Of a stretch of DNA of 32,000 nucleotides, positions 19,900-27,325 are shown in pieces (position 1 is the first letter of the stretch; each line of letters starts with the position of its first letter). The stretch spans positions 60,001 through 92,000 of the forward strand of contig CAKUIA010000009.1 of assembly GCA_934660865.1 (NCBI GenBank), in the 5' to 3' direction. The notes under the pieces are model-generated. The model saw only the letters and a list, made by a program, of their open reading frames with translations. It did no database searches and was not told the DNA's origin. The position numbers and the translations under genes are program-made. This DNA comes from an uncultured Opitutales bacterium. GTDB taxonomy: Bacteria; Verrucomicrobiota; Verrucomicrobiia; Opitutales; Intestinicryptomonadaceae.

Positions 19900-21320
19900 C
19901 TGCGCGGAGTCCGAGCCAAGGCGTCCCTCAACCCTGCCAAACATTCTCGTTCTACATCGGGTTCTGTGCGCGGATTTCTATGTGGAACGTCCACAAACAG
20001 CCGTTCGAGCTTTACGGCGCAAGGCGTGCAAAAACCGTTCGCCAGCTTGACGAATGCGTATCCCTGCGGCAGATTTTCGGGCGAAGTAAATTCCTCGCGC
20101 GGTTCTGTATCGTCAGCATTGAAGCCGATGTTTGGGCGCGGAGGCGGAGCATATGCCGCGAACTCTACAAGTTTGGCGGCTTCGGGCTCGGACGTTCTAA
20201 ACACGAAAAGGTTGTTGATGTTTGCGAGCAGATGGGCGCGTTCCCTTTCGCCGATTGCCAAGTCGAGAGCAACAATTCCCTGTGTTGCGGCAATGGCAAA
20301 ACCGCCTTTGCTGCGCATTGTTTGGAGGTTGTAGGAATCGCTTGAAATGTCGCGACCGCCAGTTGCAACAAGCGGGAATTCGTCCATAACAATTCCCGCA
20401 ATGCGGTTGTCGGGAGAGTCGCCGCGAAGCTGTATAGTCCTATAAAATTGGGCTTTCGCGAGTTTCGCCACGATTGCCGCCGCAAACTGGTTTGTTGTCG
20501 CGGGAAATGTCAGAACGACAATCTTCCCGAACTTTGCGGTGTCTCCGATATCCAAAAGCTTTTTGCCGCTTAAAAAGTTTCGGGTTGTCCGATTTTCGAG
20601 AAGCGCGAGTGTGTTTGTCATAGTGCTTATCTCGTTGCTTTTCGTGCGCGAATCGAGCTTTTGCCACTCCGACAGGTCGGATTTTAGCCGCTTTGCAATG
20701 CGCTTTATCTGCGCCCAAGCCGCGTTTTTTCTCGATTTGTCAACGGCTTCGCGCCGGCAGATTTCGGGCAAAGCGGAAGAGATGAAATCCCGCCATTCGT
20801 CGATTTTGTCCGAATCCAAAAAATCCCGAAACGAATCGGTGAATTTGTCGAAATCCATCGAATCGTGGCGGAAGAGACAGAAGTTAAAAATTGTATTCAA
20901 ACGCTTGCGGAACGCCATTGTCCAATACACGTTTTCGCCGCTGTTGTCGCCGAATGCGGACATCAGGAAATCTACAAGTTCCGAAACTTTCGCGGACGAG
21001 TCCGCTTCGGCAAAAGGATTGATGTAGTAGTGTCCGTCGCCCGAGAAGTCCACAACATCGCGCATTCTGCCGCATTCGTGCGCCCACTTTTTGATTTTGC
21101 AAAGCGTACCGTCGTTTTTGAAATCGAAGAGCAACAAGCCTATTTTCCGCCTCTTGTCGTCTGCGCGAAAGGCAATCAGCCCGCGCAATAGGGCGTTTAG
21201 CGATGTTGTTTTGCCGCTGCCCGTGCTGCCGATAAAAAGCGTGTGCTTGCAAAGGGTGTCGGCGGTCAGGACGATTTCCCTACCGCCGCCGTTTAGCTTT
21301 GTTATAATTTCGTCTTTCAT
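19896..21320 (-). CDS. TrwB/TraD/VirD4-type (FtsK-HerA superfamily) P-loop ATPase lacking an N-terminal membrane anchor, gene 2 of the four-gene cassette
   Basis: 474 aa from the ATG at 21320; the track start at 21392 is TTG. Walker A is HTLFIGSTGSGKTT (GSTGSGKT encoded at nt 21230-21207). It also has LLLFDFKNDG, YINPF, Walker B GIVMDEFP and RSKGGFAIAATQGIVALD. The order matches the coupling-protein nucleotide-binding domain, and no hydrophobic N-terminus is present. Confidence 0.7.
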   Translation of the reverse strand: MKDEIITKLNGGGREIVLTADTLCKHTLFIGSTGSGKTTSLNALLRGLIAFRADDKRRKIGLLLFDFKNDGTLCKIKKWAHECGRMRDVVDFSGDGHYYINPFAEADSSAKVSELVDFLMSAFGDNSGENVYWTMAFRKRLNTIFNFCLFRHDSMDFDKFTDSFRDFLDSDKIDEWRDFISSALPEICRREAVDKSRKNAAWAQIKRIAKRLKSDLSEWQKLDSRTKSNEISTMTNTLALLENRTTRNFLSGKKLLDIGDTAKFGKIVVLTFPATTNQFAAAIVAKLAKAQFYRTIQLRGDSPDNRIAGIVMDEFPLVATGGRDISSDSYNLQTMRSKGGFAIAATQGIVALDLAIGERERAHLLANINNLFVFRTSEPEAAKLVEFAAYAPPPRPNIGFNADDTEPREEFTSPENLPQGYAFVKLANGFCTPCAVKLERLFVDVPHRNPRTEPDVERECLAGLRDALARTPRR

Positions 21321-21796
21321 GCGAAAATGCCAATGGGCGTCAAAATTTCCTCGGCAGGCGTTGGACGGTCGTTTCCGAATCGTGCCCGCCAAAGCCTTGC
21401 CAACTCTTCCCTTGCTTCGAGGTCGTAGGCGTTCTCGAATATTTCGCGGAACTTCTCCCTCGTTATCCTCCCGAAAACGCCTTTCTCTTCAAGAACGGGA
21501 AGAAGGCTGTTTTCCACCATTACAACTTCCGCCCAGACATCGTCGGGAAGCGTCAGTCTTCGCCAAAGCGGTTTTTCGAAATTCCGCTCCGCAAACAAAA
21601 GTGCCGCGATATCCGTTTGGGGTATTTGGTATCCGTCCGAAACAATCCGCCCGAACGCCTCGTAGACCAAAGGATTTAGGCGCAAAAACATTACGGGCAA
21701 AAGCGAATGTTTCTTGATAAACGCGAGTATTTCCCCGTTCAGCGCGCCTTCGTTTTTGTCAATCATTTCAAGTAGTTTTAGATATAATTTATTCAT
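21317..21796 (-). CDS. Hypothetical protein (159 aa), gene 1 of the four-gene cassette
   Basis: The start is an ATG at 21796. Its TGA stop (21319-21317) overlaps the ATPase ATG as ATGA. It looks helical and I recognised no motif. Confidence 0.6.
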   Translation of the reverse strand: MNKLYLKLLEMIDKNEGALNGEILAFIKKHSLLPVMFLRLNPLVYEAFGRIVSDGYQIPQTDIAALLFAERNFEKPLWRRLTLPDDVWAEVVMVENSLLPVLEEKGVFGRITREKFREIFENAYDLEAREELARLWRARFGNDRPTPAEEILTPIGIFA

Positions 21797-21829
21797 ACAA
21801 ACCTTTCGTTGAGTTAAAATGGTTTGTAT
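21795..21829 (-). promoter_or_regulatory. 9-bp perfect inverted repeat covering the start codon of the first cassette gene
   Basis: On the + strand, ATACAAACC (21795-21803) pairs with GGTTTGTAT (21821-21829) around a 17-nt loop. In the minus-strand mRNA the 3' arm contains the AU of the AUG at 21796-21794. Confidence 0.5.
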
Positions 21830-22006
21830 TTGCGTCTAAAAATTTACCTGAACTAAGTTTGACATGCTGCGAAATATTCTTCCATAGTCGATAAAATTGC
21901 ATTTAACTGCAAAATTACAGAGTGTAGACGATTATTTTACAAAAAAACACTTGCAAAATAATATTTTATAGCCGATTATTTTGCAAATATTGAATATTTT
22001 TAGGTT

Positions 22007-23278
22007 ATGGACGAATATTTTGCAGGCATAGAGAAATTTAACTTTTGGGGAGATAATCCGCCCGATTTGGGATTTTCGCGCAAATTTTATCTCGAAAAAA
22101 TAGCGGCGTATTCGGAGAGCAAATTGATAAAGGTTCTCGTCGGGCAAAGGAGGGTCGGCAAAAGCTACATTCTGCGGCAAATACTTTTTTCACTCGTAAA
22201 AAGCGGACTTCCAAAAGAGAACACCCTTTACATAAACCGCGAATACGCCGAGTTCGGCTTCATAGAAAGCGCGGAGGATTTGGAGCGCGTCTTTGCCGAA
22301 TATAAAAAGCGGATGTCTCCGAAAGGCAAAATCGCCATGTTCATCGACGAAATACAGAACATAAACGGCTGGGAAAAATTCGTGAATTCGCACTCGCAGG
22401 ATTTTACCGAAGAATGCGATATCTACATAAGCGGCTCGAATTCTAAAATGCTTTCGGGGGAGCTTGCGACGTTGCTTTCGGGGCGATATATCCAGTTCGA
22501 GATTCTGCCGTATTCGTTTGTAGAGTTTGCCGAGGTAAACGGACTTTCCGCCGATAGGCAGGCGTATTTGAAATACCTTGCAACGGGCGGGCTTCCCGCT
22601 CTTACAACGCTTCCGACCGAGGAAAGCCGACGCAACTATGTAGACGCGTTAAAAGACACCGTGTTGTTGCGCGACATCGTGCAACGATACAATATAAAAG
22701 ACCCGAATCTGCTGGAAAATCTTTTCGCGTTTGCCGTAAACAATTCGTCGTCGCTGATTTCAATCGGCGGCATCGTCAAATACTACAAAGGCAAAAATAA
22801 GGCGACGACCTACGAAACCGTTTCGTCATACTTGGAATATATGCAAAATTCGTATATTTTGCACAAAGTTGATAGATTTGATATGCGCGGCAAGGAAGTA
22901 TTGTCGGGCAAAAGCAAATACTACCTCAACGATTCCGCCTTTCACAACTACCTTTTTGCAGGCGTTGGCTACGGGATAGGATACCAGCTCGAAAACCTGG
23001 TTTATCTCGAATTGCGCAGGCTCGGCTTCGATGTTTTTGTGGGGACTACGAGGACAAAGGAAGTAGATTTCGTGGCGAAGAAAAGCGACCGTGTTGTTTA
23101 CATTCAAAGCTGTTATTTGCTATCCGACGAAGAAACCGCCAAACGCGAATACTCGGCGTTGGAGTCGATTCACGACAACTACGAAAAATACGTTGTTTCG
23201 CTCGACGATGTAAAAATGCCGAACCGCGGCGGGATAATCCACCTGCGCGCGTGGGAGCTGCAAGACGCGCTCAAATAG
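22007..23278 (+). CDS. AAA_14 / DUF4143-type ATPase
   Basis: 423 aa. Walker A is LVGQRRVGKSY and Walker B is IAMFIDEIQ. The C-terminal region (KEVDFVAKKSDRVVYIQSCY) has the layout of the DUF4143 nuclease-like module. This architecture is common in accessory regions. Confidence 0.8.
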   Translation: MDEYFAGIEKFNFWGDNPPDLGFSRKFYLEKIAAYSESKLIKVLVGQRRVGKSYILRQILFSLVKSGLPKENTLYINREYAEFGFIESAEDLERVFAEYKKRMSPKGKIAMFIDEIQNINGWEKFVNSHSQDFTEECDIYISGSNSKMLSGELATLLSGRYIQFEILPYSFVEFAEVNGLSADRQAYLKYLATGGLPALTTLPTEESRRNYVDALKDTVLLRDIVQRYNIKDPNLLENLFAFAVNNSSSLISIGGIVKYYKGKNKATTYETVSSYLEYMQNSYILHKVDRFDMRGKEVLSGKSKYYLNDSAFHNYLFAGVGYGIGYQLENLVYLELRRLGFDVFVGTTRTKEVDFVAKKSDRVVYIQSCYLLSDEETAKREYSALESIHDNYEKYVVSLDDVKMPNRGGIIHLRAWELQDALK

Positions 23279-23280
23279 CG

Positions 23281-24219
23281 TTATTTTGCCTTGGCGGTTT
23301 CTTTTTCCAAAGCTTTCTTATTTTCGCGCTCTTCGTCGGCTGTCTGCCTTTTTAGGATTGTGCGCAAAGTTTCTTCGCTGTCCACATCGTCGGAGAATTC
23401 TTTGCAAACGTCGTCGAATTCTGCGGAACTATACTCTTTAACGAAGCTGTCGCGGAACTTTTTCAACGCCTGCTCAGGCGTATGATTTTTTCGGTCATAT
23501 AATGCGAAAAAATGGTGTTCGTATTTGCTGCGTTCGGTAATGTCGTCCCTGCCGTCGTTCGAGTCTGAAATGCAATTAGGGTGGCACGCAAAGACAACGG
23601 CGATATATTTGCCGACGTTGCCGTTGTATTTTTGAAATTCTACATTGCGGACAACCAGCCCGTAGCGTCGGCGCGGAAGCTTTGTTCGCTTGTCGGTTGG
23701 AACAATTTTGCGCCGAAGCGGAATTTTAAAATCCCTTTTCAGAATGCGCGTAATCGAAGAGGGCGGATATATCGCCTTTCTGTCTTCGGATTGCGTTTTA
23801 TCGGCGGGCTGTTTTGATTTCACGCTTTGAGGTTTGCGCCTTTGCTTTTTTGAAGTCCATTTGTATCTGCACCCGCAAATGTCGTCGCGGCATTTATTGA
23901 GCTCGCCGCAGATTTTCGAGCGCGTTTGAATTTCACCCGAGGTGAGGCAGTCCAAAATTAGTTCGTTGCGGGCGTTCAAGTTCGACGCCGGCGGCCGTCC
24001 GCGCCCGCAATACGGTATGTCAGCGTAAAGCCTATGCACTTCTTCGGCTGAATCGAAATCCCCTTCTTCGCGGATTATTTTTAGCATTCTGCGAATATGC
24101 GCAGGCTTGATTGGCGAATCTTCCAACTCGAGTTTTCGATACGCATACCCGACGGAGCAATCCCCCAGCGATTTCAGTGCGTCGTACGTTTTCTCGAAAA
24201 TTGTTGCATTTGAAGCCAT
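23281..24219 (-). CDS. Hypothetical basic protein with an AT-hook-like GRGRPP motif (312 aa)
   Basis: ATG start at 24219. It contains PYCGRGRPPASN (an RGRP core), a Cys cluster (KICGELNKCRDDICGCRYKW), Lys/Arg-rich linkers and an acidic C-terminal tail. I recognised no family. Confidence 0.6.
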   Translation of the reverse strand: MASNATIFEKTYDALKSLGDCSVGYAYRKLELEDSPIKPAHIRRMLKIIREEGDFDSAEEVHRLYADIPYCGRGRPPASNLNARNELILDCLTSGEIQTRSKICGELNKCRDDICGCRYKWTSKKQRRKPQSVKSKQPADKTQSEDRKAIYPPSSITRILKRDFKIPLRRKIVPTDKRTKLPRRRYGLVVRNVEFQKYNGNVGKYIAVVFACHPNCISDSNDGRDDITERSKYEHHFFALYDRKNHTPEQALKKFRDSFVKEYSSAEFDDVCKEFSDDVDSEETLRTILKRQTADEERENKKALEKETAKAK

Positions 24220-24239
24220 TTGATATTTTATATAAACAT

Positions 24240-26654
24240 ATGTTAGACGAACTGAAATTCAAAGCTTTTTTACAAGAAACCCTCAATCGGGCACCCGATG
24301 ACGACCAAATGGCGGTTCTTCGCGAAATCGCGCGGGTGGCCGAGTCAAATGAGGCTTTGAATTATTTTAGGGTTGGCGCAAGCGCGGGCTCGGGAAAAAC
24401 CACACTGATTTTATTTGCCTATGCCCTGCTCAGAAAATTTTGCGGAGTCCACAGTAATCAAATCGTAATTCTTACGCTTAATACACGCATCTCCAACAAG
24501 ATTAACCTCGAAATCAAGGCGATTGAAAACAAACTGGAGGAACCCGAGCTTTCGGACGTTTGCGCATACACATTCCACGCATTTGCCATGAGATTTTTGA
24601 GAAAAGTCTCTATGAAAAAAGGCGACATATTAACAGAAAATGCCAGTGTCTATCATAAAGATGTTTCATATAAGTTCCAGAATTTTATAGGCGAGGAATA
24701 TCTTGACGATGAAAAGTTCCGAAAAGACATCGACAATCTCGATTTTCTTGCACATTCGGAGGCGGACTGTTCGACCGAAAAGTCGAAAAAAGTAATGTTG
24801 TCGGAGAGGCTGTCTGACTTCGGAATTTCGAGCAACGGAGCTGTGCTTCGCGGCGACATTGGCAGGCGTTGCTCGAAGGAATTTCAACAAAACCGCACGC
24901 TGCGCGGGGACTCGTTATTGGACTCGGCGGGGAATCCGCTACCGCAAGCTTTTCAGAAGAGAATCTGCGACATCGCAAACCGCCTTTTCCTTTGGGACAT
25001 AAACTACGACTTAAAAATTTGCGACGCCCGTGCGATAATTTCGATTATCGACAACTCTGACTTTGGACAAAACCGGTCTGCCGAATCGGCAAGGCGAAAA
25101 TCGTATATTGAAATCGTTGACGGAGACCAAGACGACAATATGTTTTACGGATCGCTTTTGGTAAACGGCAAGTTTTTGAAATCTTTGCCGACGCAACCTA
25201 CGCCCGAAGATTGGCTAAAGTTTTCGCCCGAAGAAACGCCGTCTGACATCGCCGAATTGAGGGAATTTTGCAACGAATGCAATGCCAATACGGAAGGGCA
25301 GAAAATTAAAGACCTTTCCGGCCTCACATACATCGGCAAGGACGAACTATCGAAGTTCCTAATGGAAATAATAGAACGGCTGAGAGCCGAAGGGAAGATA
25401 AGCGTTGTGCCCAAATCCGGCAGTATGGACGTAAAGACATATGTGGATAAAATATTAAAAAAGTATTCGTCGTCGAATGGTAATGTAGAATCGGGAAGTA
25501 ATTTAATCGGAGGAAGCGTAAAAACGCGCGCACAAATCGAATCTTTTTTCAATATCCTATCTACTACGTTGTGCGAACTCATTGACGTAAACTTCGAAAC
25601 ATTTTCAGCTGTTATGGAAAAGGCGGTCGGAAAAAGTCCGTTGTCGAGTAGGTGCGAAAAAATGCTTAGCAATTTGCGTTTTGTGTTTGTTGACGAAGCT
25701 CAGGATATGAACCGCGTTTTTGTAGACGTTTTAAAAGAAATTAGAAAGTGTGCGCCCGCCGCCAATTTCATAACGGTAGGCGACCCGGCGCAGGCAATTA
25801 ACAGGTTTATCGGCGCACATCCTACGCTGTTTTTGAATTTGGCAAATCCGTCGAAGTCTGTGGACATTCCCAAAGACGGCGCGGATACAGGCGACAACAC
25901 CAACCATACTCCCCAAGGGCAGGAAAACCCGTTCGGTAATTTCAAAGTAAAACGCTTTGAGTTGCCAATCACATATCGAATGGATTTAAAGCTTGTTAAT
26001 GCCGCCAATACTTTCAAAAATTTCAAGCGTGTAAAAAGCGACAATTCAAATTCACCCGACATGCGGCTATTCGGACTTACCATGCGTCCGTGTGCCGGAA
26101 AAACAAGCAATGGGGATATTGAGGTTCACTGCATCGCGCCGAAGGTTATGTCGGAATTTTCAAAAAAGTTCTACGATACGCTTTGCGGGATAATCGAAAA
26201 GGAATTGGCGAAAAATGAAGACGCCGATTTTGCACTGCTAGCCAGAACAAACTTGGTGGATTCGATAGGCGATTTGGAGCTGATTAGACAAAAAACGCTG
26301 TCGCTATTGAAATCGAAAGGCGTAAAACTCTCCCCCGCGAAATTGAGAGCTTCAACCGTCCATAGATACAAGGGCGAAGAAGCCGACTGTGTCGTAATTC
26401 TCGATGCGACGGACAAAAACTATCCGAAACACTTCGATGAAACGGCGGAGAAAATCAAGCAAATCCTCTTCAATGATCCGCCAAGTGCATATTATGACGA
26501 TTCGGTAAACTTGTTCTATGTCGCCATAACGCGAGCCCGACATTCGCTGCACTTCATTTGCAACGACAACCCAAGCGCATTTTTGACGAGGGCGGGAATT
26601 TTGACTGCACGGACACGGCTCAATGAGAGGGAAGCCAGCCAAGACGTCCGCTGA
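24240..26654 (+). CDS. UvrD/Rep/PcrA-like SF1 helicase with a greatly expanded region between motifs Ib and II
   Basis: 804 aa from the ATG at 24240; the track start at 24111 is TTG and would overlap the divergent gene. Motif I is VGASAGSGKTT, TFHAFA lies at about aa 111-116, and motif II is FVFVDEAQDMN at about aa 481-491. Motif III is VGDPAQAINRFIGA, motif IV ITYR, motif V LLARTN and motif VI STVHRYKGEEADCVVILD, followed by LFYVAITRARHSL. Confidence 0.85.
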   Translation: MLDELKFKAFLQETLNRAPDDDQMAVLREIARVAESNEALNYFRVGASAGSGKTTLILFAYALLRKFCGVHSNQIVILTLNTRISNKINLEIKAIENKLEEPELSDVCAYTFHAFAMRFLRKVSMKKGDILTENASVYHKDVSYKFQNFIGEEYLDDEKFRKDIDNLDFLAHSEADCSTEKSKKVMLSERLSDFGISSNGAVLRGDIGRRCSKEFQQNRTLRGDSLLDSAGNPLPQAFQKRICDIANRLFLWDINYDLKICDARAIISIIDNSDFGQNRSAESARRKSYIEIVDGDQDDNMFYGSLLVNGKFLKSLPTQPTPEDWLKFSPEETPSDIAELREFCNECNANTEGQKIKDLSGLTYIGKDELSKFLMEIIERLRAEGKISVVPKSGSMDVKTYVDKILKKYSSSNGNVESGSNLIGGSVKTRAQIESFFNILSTTLCELIDVNFETFSAVMEKAVGKSPLSSRCEKMLSNLRFVFVDEAQDMNRVFVDVLKEIRKCAPAANFITVGDPAQAINRFIGAHPTLFLNLANPSKSVDIPKDGADTGDNTNHTPQGQENPFGNFKVKRFELPITYRMDLKLVNAANTFKNFKRVKSDNSNSPDMRLFGLTMRPCAGKTSNGDIEVHCIAPKVMSEFSKKFYDTLCGIIEKELAKNEDADFALLARTNLVDSIGDLELIRQKTLSLLKSKGVKLSPAKLRASTVHRYKGEEADCVVILDATDKNYPKHFDETAEKIKQILFNDPPSAYYDDSVNLFYVAITRARHSLHFICNDNPSAFLTRAGILTARTRLNEREASQDVR

Positions 26655-26702
26655 CAAATTTTGCCGCAAAGCGCGAAAATACGAATCCGCCTGCGGCAAA
26701 GT

Positions 26703-27062
26703 CTACTCCTCTTGTTTTGCCGAAAGGTATTTTTCGGCGAAAAGCGTTTTTTTACGTCTGCTCGAATCGGATTTTATCGGAGTGATGCTTTTGTATTTTT
26801 CGTCGGATGCAACCGCTGCAAAATCGAACTTAGCCTGCATTAGCAACAGATTGTTTTCGGGCGGAATTTCCAACGCTTTCCCAATGCGGCAGGCGGTATC
26901 GGGAGTAAACGCGCGCTTTCCCTTCACCAAGCGCGAAACGACATCGGGCGTCAATTTTGACTCTTTGGCGAGCGCATACATTGTTATTTTTCTGTCGGCA
27001 AGCAAGCGCGCCAAGAATTTGTGGGGGGATTCAGACTGGTTGCCATCGTGAGTTGCATTCAT
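26703..27062 (-). CDS. HigA-type XRE-family HTH protein (antitoxin-like), no adjacent toxin
   Basis: 119 aa. FLARLLADRKITMYALAKESKLTPDVVSRLVKGKRAFTPDTACRIGKALEIPPENNLLLMQAKFD follows the HigA/VapI HTH_3 pattern (...G.RaiT.d.A.rL...f......WlnlQ..yd). Confidence 0.75.
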   Translation of the reverse strand: MNATHDGNQSESPHKFLARLLADRKITMYALAKESKLTPDVVSRLVKGKRAFTPDTACRIGKALEIPPENNLLLMQAKFDFAAVASDEKYKSITPIKSDSSRRKKTLFAEKYLSAKQEE

Positions 27063-27094
27063 AACGATAAGAGAATTAGGTTGTTGGATATATA

Positions 27095-27125
27095 TTTGCT
27101 TATCGATATACTATTTACAAGCAAA
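27095..27125. promoter_or_regulatory. Inverted repeat upstream of the higA-like gene (candidate operator)
   Basis: TTTGCTT (27095-27101) pairs with AAGCAAA (27119-27125), 33-63 bp upstream of the ATG at 27062. A second inverted repeat is TGCGCGT (27184-27190) / ACGCGCA (27202-27208). Confidence 0.35.
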
Positions 27126-27263
27126 ATTATTGTTATTTAAGTTCACAACACGTGCAATTATAACCTCCCCACCGCCAACGGACTGCGCGTATATATCATA
27201 AACGCGCAATTGTGTCAATCGAACTTACAATGTTTATGTTCTTGCTACGCAAGAAGGAAATTC

Positions 27264-27300
27264 AAAAAAAAGAGATACCTCCGAAACCGAAAGTATCTCT
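27264..27300 (-). terminator. Rho-independent terminator after the relaxase gene
   Basis: On the minus strand the stem is AGAGATAC / GTATCTCT (27293-27300 / 27271-27278), followed by a U-tract (the + strand A8 at 27264-27271). It lies 26 nt after the stop at 27326. Confidence 0.8.
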
Positions 27301-27325
27301 GAATATGGCAGCTCAATCAAAATTA

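Noticed and set aside
20787-20795. A 9-nt exact match (ATCCCGCCA) to the tRNA-Asp 3' end, considered as a possible att repeat.
   Set aside because: It lies in the middle of the intact ATPase ORF, and the match does not extend into the flanking bases. A 9-mer match somewhere in about 25 kb of two-strand search space is plausibly chance.
21392-24240. Longer N-terminal extensions given in the ORF track: ATPase from 21392, helicase from 24111, MobC from 29229, LptF/G from 8082 and ScpB from 3197.
   Set aside because: Those starts are TTG codons, as I verified in the sequence. They would create long overlaps with neighbouring genes. Internal ATGs give ATGA-coupled or family-typical N-termini instead.
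26661-26699. The stem TTGCCGCA/TGCGGCAA between the helicase and the higA-like gene, considered as a bidirectional intrinsic terminator.
   Set aside because: The loop is 23 nt and there is no U-tract on either strand, so it does not look like a canonical rho-independent terminator. It is mentioned only in the HigA finding.
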